Position numbers and translations under genes: made by a program. The notes under the pieces were generated by a model. The model had not been told where the DNA came from and did no database searches. It saw only the letters and a program-made list of their open reading frames with translations. From positions 124,001-188,000 of the forward strand of contig JAQGDQ010000300.1 of NCBI GenBank assembly GCA_030141605.1: 64,000 nucleotides of DNA, in the 5' to 3' direction. Positions within the stretch are counted from its first letter, which is position 1. Each line of letters begins with the position of its first letter. Of the stretch, positions 52,901 to 64,000 are shown one piece after another. The DNA comes from Tubiluchus corallicola (taxonomy: Eukaryota; Animalia; Priapulida).

Positions 52901-55900
52901 AAAAAACAAAATACTAACTGGAATATTAAGCTGGCTTGGATCAACAGGCTGTCTAAACGGCAAAGATTCCGGATCCTGTCTATATAACTTTTCCAGCGTC
53001 GGCATCAACGCATGCCTCAACTCATCTGGCTTAAATACTACAACAAAAATAGAAATTTTAATGATGAATAAATAGTCGGTAAACAGACAAGTTGCACATA
53101 TGTAAATTGCAATGCAGTGGAGATGTCACTGTGCCTTTATACTTGCTTCAACAACTTTCACGAAATTTGAAAAAAAAGTAAAGCTAAAAGCAAATCTGAA
53201 CTTGAATTCAGAAAATTCTGGTTATAGAACATGGAAATCATCTTTGGCACAATCATGACAATGATTATAGCGAATAAGTAATGCAAAATCTCATGCATGC
53301 TCTGCTATGTCAAAATATAAGCAATCGTAAACATTACTTTTGAAATTAAATGCACATTTCGTCCATTATTATATTTTCTTAAAATGTTGCTATCATAAAC
53401 TTGTCAGACAGGTATATAATCTGAATGCATAATTATCATACTTTTCTTATTGCATGGCTTTGGCTTTGGGGTAGGCACAGGAGTCGTTGGCTTCAAGTCG
53501 CTATCATCATCCTCGCGCTCGGGTTTGACAGACCCGATTCCAGTCTGTTCTTGCTGCGACTCATTCTCCTGTTTAAACTCGGTTTTCACTTCAGCTTTCA
53601 AATCTTCCACTTTCACTTCTTTCCCCCCACCAATTTGGTTGTTAGATACACCGCTGTTGCTAAGTGTAGAAGCGGTCTGAGACAAACCCATCGTATAAGG
53701 TGATTTTGGTTCAATCTTTATTTCCTGTTTTATTTCTTGCTTCACAATTTGTTGCTGCTGCTGCTAAAAACAGTAACAAACTCTTGTTAGAAGAGTATTA
53801 TATAAAATAAGACTCTGCAATATACATTTTGAAGAAGAAAAATAAACACAAATAAGTGAACTTCTTTGCAAAACAATAAACAAACCAGCACTGTTTGCAA
53901 AAATGGCACAGCACATCGAACTCAGAAAAGTCTAGGAGTACGTAGAAACATAATTCTAATCAGTTTCTCTTTATTTTGCTAATAGACATACTAAAAGCAG
54001 AAATTATATTAAAACCTGACTGCATTTTGTTGTGTTAAGTTCTACTTAATTCAGTCAGCACCTGCATAAAATGTTGCTGTTGTTGTTCTAGAGACCCTTG
54101 AGAAGGTGCCTGCTCCACTCGCTGTGGTAGGGATGAAAATCGCTGCTGCATTAGGTTTTGTTGTTGCTGAACCTGTTGCTGCTGCTGCTGTTGTTGCTGC
54201 TGCTGCATGCGAATACGATTCAGCTAAACAAGTAATTAAAACACACTTTACCAAGGCCATTCACCCAACAGCATTGTATTTGACAACTAAAAATGTTGTG
54301 TTATCGTTATTTTCAATCATAGATTTGACAAACACACAAAATGTAAATACAGTGGATGCCTTTTATTAGACTCATGATTAATAAAATCAATCATCTAATT
54401 GACTCAATGTTTGATATGGATATATAAAACTGTTGACAATTGAATGAAATAATTTCAGGTAACTGACTCAATATTTTGCTTCACATACTTATAATAAGAC
54501 ACTTTTGTGTAGTCAATGAGATTTCTACTGCAACTGTCAATTTCAAAAAAGTCGAGCACATGTATCACAGACTAATTTAAGAGTTTAAGTTTAGCAACAA
54601 CATAAATATTTATGCATCCAGAATGAACAAAGTCAATCATATTACCTGTACTTGATTTTGTGGGAGCTGGGCTAAAGAGGCGCCGATTGAGTTACCATCC
54701 AATTGAGCAGGGAGGCCCCGAAGTTGATTATTTGCTGTTACGGTAGTCACAGTTTGAGTAACTAAAGGCTGGGCAGATGAATTTGGCTGTGCTGCAGACA
54801 CCACGTTGTTTAACTGCTGCGGCAATGATACACTTGTTATTGTCAGAGCACCGGATAAACTATTAGCCACAGCATTAGGGTCAAATGTACCATCTAAAAA
54901 AGCAAATACATGTTACACAGTGAAACGGAAGAAAATGGTCTCACTCCATCTCATAATTTACATGTCCATCATGATTCCTTAGAAATCACACAACACTGCT
55001 ATTATAACAGCAACAATGAACATGCAGAAACAAAAGCATGTACCAAACCACCACTTAAAAAATGCAATTGAGTATTGGAAAGCAATCACAAAACACTTAC
55101 TTGCTAAAGCGTCTCGTATTTGGTTTGGTTGTTGGGCCGGTTGTCCTGTTCTGATTCGGTTTTTCCTTTTTTCTTCCAATTCCTTTTGTATCTTATAAAT
55201 TTTCTCTGCTAGCAGCTGATAATATTCCTCCTGCAAAGCAAAAATGTTTTTATCTTTAGATTTAATTTAGATTAACCTTCGACACACAGTCTGAATTCAC
55301 AAATCACGTAACTGTGCTTCAGTCGTATCTCTGTGGCACCAGAAATCATTGAGTGTAGCAAATAATTTTTCAAAACATTAACTAATTAGGTGCAAGTATG
55401 GTAGAGCTTATACTAATACACTGGAATTTAGGCAAAACACTGGATTAATCTACTTTGAAAAGAATTAGTTAGAGCATACCCGACTTTGGGCAGTATCGTA
55501 CATGTCTGCTTCCACTTTTCTTGCATACGCGACTAGATTGATCATCCGTCGATCCTGCAAGGCAGCAGGATCTGGCGTGGGAAATATAGCTTGTACCCTG
55601 TTAAAAACTTCCTAATTAGTAAGCTATCTTTGACCTTGTAAAAAAATCATTATCGTTGTTAGTTAGAAAATTTAGCACAACAAGAAACTTATCATCAATT
55701 TGATGATCATGCAAGACACTAAAATTTCCCAACGTTATAGATTGCTAGTAATTACTGCACTCTTTTTTTGAAAATTCTACTATGTAATCAAATCAATCAA
55801 TCAATCAAAGTTAAACACTCAATTAACTATCAAATTTAAAGAAACGGAGCAGCAAAGGCACAAAACCACAGCAAGAATCCTAGGCTTATCAGAACTAAGG

Positions 55901-58900
55901 AGCTAGTTTGGATATTCGGGAGTTGAAATCGATCAAAGATTTTTTTCCATCTAAATTACACCTACACTAGATAGTGTTAGTGCATTAAGAGTTTACCAAC
56001 AAGCCAAATTACCAGCATGATGAGGTCTACATTCTAAAAACTGTAAGCATGATTTGACTTTACGAAAATGTACACGAATGTGGCAAGTTTAACCAAAATG
56101 TACACAAATGTGGCAAGTTTAACCAAAATGTACACAAATGTGGCAAGTTTAACCAAAATGTGCACAAATGTGGCAAGTTTAACCAAAATGTACACAAATG
56201 TGGCAAGTTTAACCAAAATGTACACAAATGTGGCAAGTTTAACCAAAATGTACACAAATGTGGCAAGTTTAACCAAAATGTACACAAATGTGGCAAGTTT
56301 AACCAAAATGTGCACAAATGTGGCAAGTTTAACCAAAATGTGCACAAATGTGGCAAGTTTAACCAAAATGTGCCAGCTATAATGAAGTTCATCACTTACA
56401 ATTTGTGTACCAAGTGGTTTCTCAGGTCTTGCGTTACAGAACTGTGCCAAGCTTTCGGGTGTGTAGGTGGAGCTGTAGAAGCCATTGGACGTGGCGGGAT
56501 TCCAACTTGTGGCGTAACCGTATTAGGTGGTGGTCCCGCTGGCATAACGTACTGTCCCGAGTTTGGCAGAGGTACAGGAACGTGTGTCGTCATCATCGGC
56601 TGAGCAGGTGATTTTTGAGGCAATGGAACTGATCTCATCTCAACTGTTCTCATTTGAGATGCATCAGATGCAGTTGTAACTAAAAGAAAAAGTGAATATT
56701 TACAAGAAAATAAGAAAAACAAAAACACTTTTTTTCATGAAAATAAAATGCCAAAAATAAATTTTTTATTGTGAGCATTTTTGATATCTAAAATTTCAGA
56801 AAAGTAAGTCAAATCTAGTATTTCTTAACTCTACAATTTCAGAAAGATTTAAGTATTGTTAATATAAGTATGCAAAGAATCTGATTTCAATAGTCTAAAT
56901 TCAATAGAAAAGCAATAAAATGAGCAATGCACTTCAAAAGCTCACTATACTCTATGCCATCACTTAATAGTCAAACTTTCAACTTGCAAAGTATCCTTAA
57001 TGCTTGAAATATAAAACAGTAAAAAACTCAATTCACCCATTTGTTGTGGCTGTGTCAGTGGCAAATTTTGGTTCTGTGCCGGTGTTGGTGCAGTAACTGT
57101 GGCCGTTGGTATTGTATTTGGTGCTGCCTGAGTGGAACTGATATTGCTTGGCACAATGCCCAGAGCTTCGAAGGCTTTTCGCTTAATATCTTGAGTGGGT
57201 TGACTGGGAGCAGTCTGCGTTGCCAATTGTGATGGTCCGCCTACAGAAAACTTTGCGTTATCTTAAGATTAAGCGTCAAATTATTTGCAAAATATCGAAG
57301 CTTTATAATCTAATAAGAAAATCTAGCTAACTTGTTTATTACAGCTTACATTTTTGGTACAAACATCAGAAAATAACTACCATAAATCTCCAAGATTTTT
57401 CTAGCATCGTTTCCCTGTTGTGAGCGCCGTCCATCGGAAGCAGTTTTCAAGGGCAAGCAAACAGGACAATCTTGCCTGGTACAATTCTTCCAGTGAGTAA
57501 TGATCTGCCTGGAGGAGGCACAGTGAGGAACTGAAATGAAACACAAAAACAAATTTAGAAACTTCAAATTACCTTGGAAGTAGCACAAAATTTAATAAAC
57601 TGTCTATGCTTCAGGCACAAACAGATTTTATAAGGTATCAAAGTACGATAACCGAAACCTGTAAACTTAAAAACAAAAAATACCAGGTCTCAAAGGACAA
57701 CTCATCACCATTCATACTTATTCGAAGAAAATTCCCTATTGTTTAAATATCTTGCCAAAACAACACATCAATACATTTCCAGCCCCAGCACGTTTTTTTC
57801 AAACGTATAATATAAACAACATTTTTTAACTGGTATTACAAATAAACCCAAATGGCTTCAATAGAGCAACAAATTTAAACTCAATTTCAGTATTTTAAAA
57901 TAGCCGATATTCGGCACACTAGGCAAATATGTCTTATATGTGAGAATGAAAAAACATCATCAAAAAAGTGTGGGCTTGAAAATGAGACTTGCAAATCTAA
58001 ATAATATTATTAGATCCTGTGGAACCTTACCAGATCAAGTTAAGAACTCAAGTCAAACAGTTTTTAATCATTTAAAGAAAACATGAGCGAACCTTTTTTA
58101 TCAACTGATCTCAGAAGTTGTCAACTATGATTCACATGCTGGACAATTGCAACACAATTTTAATGGTTATCTTAACAATTATAACACTCGTTACTTAATC
58201 TGTTTACTTTACCGAATTTCACTTACTTATTGTGTGATTTAAAGAAACATCTTCAAATGTTTGTAACTAATTTACAACTGTTTAACTTCTAAACAATATT
58301 TTTATACTGATATATACTTACAAAGCCAACATTTAAATACAGGAAGATTTTTGACAATTTAATAATATAATAAATGTTAGCCTACTATCACTCAAAATTA
58401 CCTATGGTATATATAATCATCCTTTTTCTTCAAATACTTTTGAATGGCACTTGCTATTTAAAAAAGGTTACTGTACCTTGACATGCACGTCCTGCATGGC
58501 ACGTTGTCATATGATTAAGAACACCCTTCATTGTCTTGCAGTGAGGGAGGCTGCACACCCTGACAACGCCATCAGCAGTTTTTTCCCGTCTCTGGCATTT
58601 ATGTGCATGTAACAACAACACTAACTGTTGTTGTATAAGTTTCCGCTTCTCTGGATCAGCTGCTGGAGTAGACGTAATACCTGGCCCTTGCACCGCTTGT
58701 CCACCAACACCCTGAGCTGGCTGTGACTGCAAAGCAAATTAGGCTACATATACCAGAGATTAAGAACAGCAGTCAATAGATAAACAAGTGATATGCTCTG
58801 TGAAAAAAGTATACCTACTACCTAGACCTACACAGAAAAATAATATTGTTGCAGGGTGGTACATAACAAATTGCAAGGGAGCAGTTATAAAAAACAACTC

Positions 58901-61592
58901 AAAACAGTACCCCTCAAGATTGCAGGTTGTGAGAAACATACATAGCTTCCACACTAAATACTGAGAGCATGATTTGTTTTCTACTTATTCAGCAATACAT
59001 TGAAATAATAAACAGTGCTGTACTATTATTAATTAATTAGTTTTCTACCACCACTGCAAAGGGTTATGTACCACGTGTGTCACCCACACATTTAGTGCTT
59101 AGCATATTGTGTCAACATCATGAGTGTGGATATTCCATTAATGCCTGTAATAAAATCACTCAACAGTACCACACAACAATGAAAACCTAGAGAAAAACAT
59201 TAATAAAGAAAACTAAGAGTAAAAACCAGTGAATCATTCACTGGCAATCAGCCAGTCACTGGTACTTCTTCCTCACAAGAGCATTGATGCATGCGAAAAA
59301 AACAACAACAAAGATCCGAGATCACAGTCACAGTTCCCACTCAATGGTTACATATAGACCCACTGTTTATGTAGCAAATCAAATTTACAAGCAAAAAAGT
59401 CCTTTTACAGTTTTGTTGTATGCACCCGCAATTGCTGTAGGTCAAAGGCTAAGTGTACCACAGCAATGCATCTTAACTACAACCGTCACGTGACATGCGG
59501 ATAAAGCAAAGCCGTCTACCACTTCAGTTCAGTAACTTCATTGTTTTACGTGGACAGTTTACTTATTTATGCACTGGTCTCTGTGTACAGTGATTTACTA
59601 GCAGATCTTGCTTGGGAACAAGAAAAAATGAACTAGTTAAGGTTCTAGTTAGCTGTTAAAACTGTTACTATTACAACAGCGAGGGCAGTAAGGTTGCAAA
59701 GCATGAACGTATTTTATAAGTGCACTACATGACCCCATACCATAAAAAAATAGTGTGAGATATTCCTACTTTGCACAAAGCAGTACAAATTACATAAAAA
59801 AATCATGTAAACACATAACTATTCTTGAGAAAAACATGATTACCAAAAAAAACTAACTTACTGATATTTGCAAATAAAAATAGCAAAAAAATGTATGAAT
59901 GCTCTCCCTAAAATAAATAAAACTAGAATGTTAGGCATATCCAATAATGGTTGGAATTTCCATCATGTTGTTTTTATTAATGAGTAATTTTCTAATTTTG
60001 TCAAACAACAAATATACATTGTAGCTTACAGTTGCTAAGAAAAAAGTAACAACAAAATGTGTTTATACACTTATTATAGTGTACTGTTATAAATGTACTT
60101 ATTATAGTATATTACTGTTTTAAATTCACTAGGCCTACTTATTTTGCTTGTGAAATAAAGTATTTTTTGTACATAGAAAATACAGGTGACTTAGAAATTC
60201 TCACCTGGCTCAGTACATTTTGTTGTGGTGGCATATTATTAGAAATTTGTAACCCAGCCAGCTGAGAACCATGAGTTGGTGGCACTTGTCGCAAACTCTG
60301 TGCAGGTGTCATAGTAAGTGGAATGGATGGATTATATCCAGGCTGATTTGATTGTACCTGCACAAAACCGCAGATAAATTACACTGTACCATCAATAATA
60401 ACACAATTTATAACAAAAAAAACCATATCAGTGAATTTGACGTGAATTTTACAAATAAAGTTGATAGTTAAATATAAATTCAACTTACAGTCATCATCCT
60501 AGACTGACCAGCGGCCTGAGATGTATTCATTCGTGGCATTTGCTGCTGACAGACCCCACGAAGCTGTACTTGAGCAAGAGAAGGATTACCCATCATGCCA
60601 CCATGTGTCACATTAGAAGGCATATACTGTCCTACACTCTGTGCATTTGGTCCATTCAGCAACTGATTTGGCAGCTCAATTTGGTTAGCACCAGATACAG
60701 ACATTTGGTTCATAACATTTACAGGTTTACTGTTCACTGAAGTAGCAACAGAATGCAACATATTTGAAGGACTATTAGAATATCCTGTCACTGTTTCACC
60801 CACTTGCACATTGTTAATACTATAAGCAGCACTGGATGGAGTCACTGAACGACTGATCACAACATTTGGCGGTGGAGAAGTCAAAGAGTTACTAGTCACG
60901 GGGCTTTTTTGTAAACCAGTATTACATAAACTAACATTTGGACTTAAAGATGGTTGCCTATGAGGACTATTTTTTGCTGGAGGTACCATTGGGGCTGGTT
61001 TACTCTGCAACAGTTGTGAAAGCGATGTTGCTTCACCTAATCCATTGGGTAACGGATTGCTGTTAGAATTGGAATCAGACAATCCACCCATTATTTCATC
61101 TGGGAGTGCATTTTCCAGGTCACGAAGTTTTCCTAAATACTCTATAAAAGAAACAGAAAATTATGTAGAATTAAATAATAGTCTCACGCAAAAAAGTAGG
61201 AAACAAAGAAATATGTTTGTAGCCATACACATACACAGAAAATTTGCCCATCAAGCAGCAAAACTGAAAGCAGATTTATTACAAATAAAGTTTTATTCAG
61301 TTAAATGTAAAGATAAATAATTTTTGCAATGGGTATTATTAAATTTTAAAACCTACATAGAGAATGTACAAATATTTAAGCAGCAGTCTTGCAAAGAAAT
61401 TCAAAAGCATAAAAATATCATTCATGGCATTAGGCCTAAATATTAGCCACAAACTCTAAATCGTAATAACAACTTAAAGAAACACCAAAGGTAAAAAACT
61501 GTTGGCTTACCATTTACTCCACTTCCAGTGAGTGGAGAAGACACCTTTGGTCGTTTGTTAGGCGGCCCATCACCATTAAATTGATCAGCCAT
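37924..61592 (-). CDS. CBP: CREB-binding protein / p300 histone acetyltransferase, complete, about 2195 aa
   Basis: 29 exons summing to 6588 nt (in frame): 61511-61592, 60489-61141, 60205-60357, 58477-58726, 57381-57530, 57037-57240, 56400-56679, 55480-55597, 55101-55230, 54646-54893, 54062-54223, 53442-53763, 52919-53037, 52379-52549, 51591-51748, 51220-51300, 50607-50663, 49824-49901, 49243-49310, 48850-48997, 48202-48348, 47836-47949, 46332-46497, 44968-45177, 44733-44879, 44265-44546, 42865-43263, 40823-41011, 37924-39225. Domains: TAZ1 ([18 protein letters not shown]), KIX ([17 protein letters not shown]), bromodomain ([25 protein letters not shown]), RING/PHD, HAT ([37 protein letters not shown]), ZZ, TAZ2, NCBD ([21 protein letters not shown]). 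Confidence 0.97.
38653..38733 (-). repeat. Coding CAA/CAG repeat giving Q19-A-Q7 in the CBP last exon
   Basis: Mixed CAG/CAA codons immediately after the NCBD domain. Confidence 0.92.
43359..44150. mobile_element. Degenerate hAT-like non-autonomous element in a CBP intron
   Basis: Left end CAGGGATGTTAC is followed by clustered AAACCGA/AAACTGA motifs. Similar motifs and a degenerate GTATTACAT occur near 44040-44150, and TGCCTT occurs at both flanks. Confidence 0.4.
45707..46202. mobile_element. MITE family E, copy 1: hAT-like termini with a 6-bp TSD
   Basis: TIRs CAGGGATGAGAAT and ATTCTCATCCCTG. TSD CAAGTT at 45701-45706 and 46203-46208. Highly similar to 46746-47195. Confidence 0.9.
46746..47195. 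mobile_element. MITE family E, copy 2: same orientation as copy 1, different 6-bp TSD
   Basis: Ends CGGGGATGAAAAT and ATTCTCATCCCTG. TSD TACATT at 46740-46745 and 47196-47201. Confidence 0.9.
56065..56372. repeat. 30-bp minisatellite, 10 near-identical units plus a partial unit, in the CBP intron splitting the KIX domain
   Basis: Unit AAAATGT(A/G)CACAAATGTGGCAAGTTTAACC, contiguous. Confidence 0.97.
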
Positions 61593-61968
61593 GTCTGAAG
61601 ATTTAATTATCTTGGATTTTCAATTATTGTAAAATCCATGAAAGCGTCACAATTGTGAAGCCAAGCCATTCGAAAATAAAGTTAGAATACGCAAGAAACA
61701 CTTGCATCAAAATTAGACCAAATGTGAAGTCATACTCGGCGTAATTAATAAAATACATTCAAAACAACGCACAGAAATATAGTTGAAAAACGCTAAAAAC
61801 ATGGACGCTCAATTTCAAAATCTGAATATTTCGAATACGCTAAAAACTATCCACGATGTACTTAACCGCACGGAATCATTAATATATAATGTCAAAGTTC
61901 TGAAAATTTTGGAGATTTGCGTTACATATTGACATATAAAATGCTTTATGAAATATACAAATTTCACG

Positions 61969-62080
61969 AAAATGGCGACTCTGTTGATGGAAAAACTTTC
62001 ACCAGCGTCAGGAGAAAACGACGGAATTTGCCGAATATTATAAGACCTTCTTCGTGATTCGCTAATGTACAGTGACGTCG
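61969..62080. promoter_or_regulatory. Candidate CBP promoter motifs (YY1-like and CRE-like)
   Basis: AAAATGGCG at 61969-61977 and TGACGTCG at 62073-62080, about 380-490 bp upstream of the CBP ATG in a relatively CpG-rich stretch. Confidence 0.3.
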
Positions 62081-64000
62081 CATTTAATTTCGGAATTAGC
62101 CGAGGCTGTGCATTGTGGGACTTTTTAAATAGCCCCAGTGTCTGGTTGGGAGTTTGGACATAGAGGTTTGGGTAAGCATATCGAAGATTAGAACTGAAAA
62201 TTAAATACGCGAAAACCGAAGCTTTAGTTTTTGAGTACTTTTGGGTATTATTCGTAATACGCAAAGTCGTATTCGGTTTGATAAGTTTTCTGTGACTTCT
62301 AGAGAACAGAACTGACTCTAATTTGAAAAGACGCATTCAATAAGAAATTATAAAAAATTCCTTATTGTGGGTTTATAATTATATTTTCTTGATCAACCTA
62401 TCAGTAAAAATTAAACTTTTGAACAGCATCGTCTGCCACCTTACCTTATATTATACATGTCAAAATCACAATAATAATTTATTAAGCCCAATTTAATTTA
62501 GTAGCTTATATAAAGGAACGAATGGCGTCGAACTAGGCCGACATTTTAGAAATACAGTATTCACCGAAAAATCATATGCATGCTAATGTGGCTAAAGCAA
62601 CAATACTATCCTTGGAAAGGTACCGATTCATGTTTCAAAACTGAATGATCTAAACCTAAAATAAGATATGTTTAAGTTAAAATTAACAATACTATGATTC
62701 ATACATTGATAGCGAAGGAACTATAGCTTTGATCACGCATGCCGGGTACGTGACATTTGGGCACGAAGACAGTGGGCACCAACAAAAATTCATGTTGTAT
62801 CTATTTTTCATAATTATTTGTTTCACTATTAATTATTTCATGGTTCACTACCTTCCTAACTGTTACAATATAGTTTCTCTCAACTTAAAGTATGTAAATA
62901 ATTTATGAATAAACATATTATACGTAACGTTTTTAAGATCATTTCACTAATTTTATTGTATGGGGTAATATATAATATAACTGCTGAACCAGTCAATTGA
63001 CCATGCCCTTTCTGGTTTTCCACTTTTGGCATTAATGTGGTGTTTATAAAATTAACAAAGCAGAAGAAGACGCTGCAAGCTTAAATTAGCATTTTATCAA
63101 ACATCAAAATATGACAGCAATTTAGTTCAAAAATATTTAGCGCATCACAGAAACTGTAAATAACATAAAACTGTTCATGACAAAAGATCTATTCACAACA
63201 AAATTTAGCGCTAATGCAGCAATTCAACTAATATAGTATCACAGCATTATATTTAATGAGCTCTATAGCCTCAAGTTTTTTAAAAGAAACGGACGTGCAA
63301 TGCGTTATTTAGTTGTTGTTACTAAATCCCAACTCCAAATTAATCAGCTCAATTAATGAGCCAAATGCTAGACGTGTGATTATCAATATCAAAATTTTAA
63401 TAACTATAATTATATAATTGTAGGTTTTTTGCCGAGTTTCTCACCATTAACATGTAAATGTGCATTTAGCAACTCAGCAGTGCTTTTACACGTGCTAGCT
63501 AGGTTATAGTCGTTCTCGGTTTTAATTCACGATTGCACTCTGGAAAATGCATGATTATTTATTTTCTAACAAAAACTTGTGTGTTAAAAGGTACATCACA
63601 ATCAGGCACTGGAAGAGGATTCCCACAATCTTAACCTCCATACTAGGCAGTGAAATTTGTAGAGTTACACAGAAATAATCTATTTTTTGCGTGCGAGTTC
63701 ACAGCGCAACGTGTGCAAGTGGGTCGCGCCCAAATAACCTAACCCATAGCAGTAGTAGTTTTCGCGGCACGCACACAAGCCGCACTGTTAACATACTGTG
63801 ATTTCTGCTAATCAATACTGATAATAAACGCTTTATTTCACAAACATATAGATATAATAATAACCTTTATTTGCCGTTAAAAATCGATATTCATAAGCAT
63901 AAAAGCATATAAGAACATTACAACATGAGAATAAAAATTCACACAACTGTTAAAGGCAAATGCATCAAGTGCAAACTAAAAACTACATAAACACAGGGCT

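Noticed and set aside
56034-56603. Repetitive ORFs on both strands ([40 protein letters not shown])
   Set aside because: Artefacts of a stop-poor 30-bp unit inside a CBP intron.
969-61592. A functional acetyl-CoA/acetylcholine gene cluster (PDK, nAChR, CBP)
   Set aside because: The thematic link is tempting, but adjacency of unrelated genes is normal in animal genomes and the sequence shows no sign of co-regulation. Only conserved synteny across distant taxa would support it.
61815-62336. 173-aa minus-strand ORF upstream of CBP
   Set aside because: No recognisable domain, and it is not needed for the CBP model, whose own N-terminus ([16 protein letters not shown]) starts at 61592. Probably a chance ORF over the promoter or 5' UTR.

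Overview
AT-rich, intron-containing genomic DNA from an invertebrate animal; the taxon cannot be fixed from the sequence. No prokaryotic features such as operons or CRISPR arrays were seen. I reconstructed five protein-coding genes by reading splice sites by eye. (1) Pyruvate dehydrogenase kinase, minus strand: 8 coding exons in the window, with the 3' end beyond the left edge. (2) A divergent nicotinic acetylcholine receptor alpha-type (Cys-loop) subunit, minus strand: 6 exons, about 453 aa. (3) An intronless small heat-shock protein, plus strand. (4) A GT10 alpha-1,3-fucosyltransferase with a single coding exon, minus strand. (5) A complete CBP/p300 histone acetyltransferase, minus strand: 29 coding exons, about 2195 aa. 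Introns and intergenic DNA carry many non-autonomous transposons (piggyBac-, hAT-, Kolobok-, Tc1/pogo- and Helitron-like, plus LINE/SINE fragments) and several tandem repeats. The most notable points are the nAChR-like subunit with a remodelled pore helix and a lost loop-C tyrosine, a head-to-tail CTAG|TC Helitron tandem carrying CRE motifs in that gene's first intron, twin MITEs with 6-bp target-site duplications around a CBP catalytic exon, and a 25-bp minisatellite with 20 CAGGTAG motifs. I found no clearly new multi-gene system. Family assignments come from motif recognition, not database searches.
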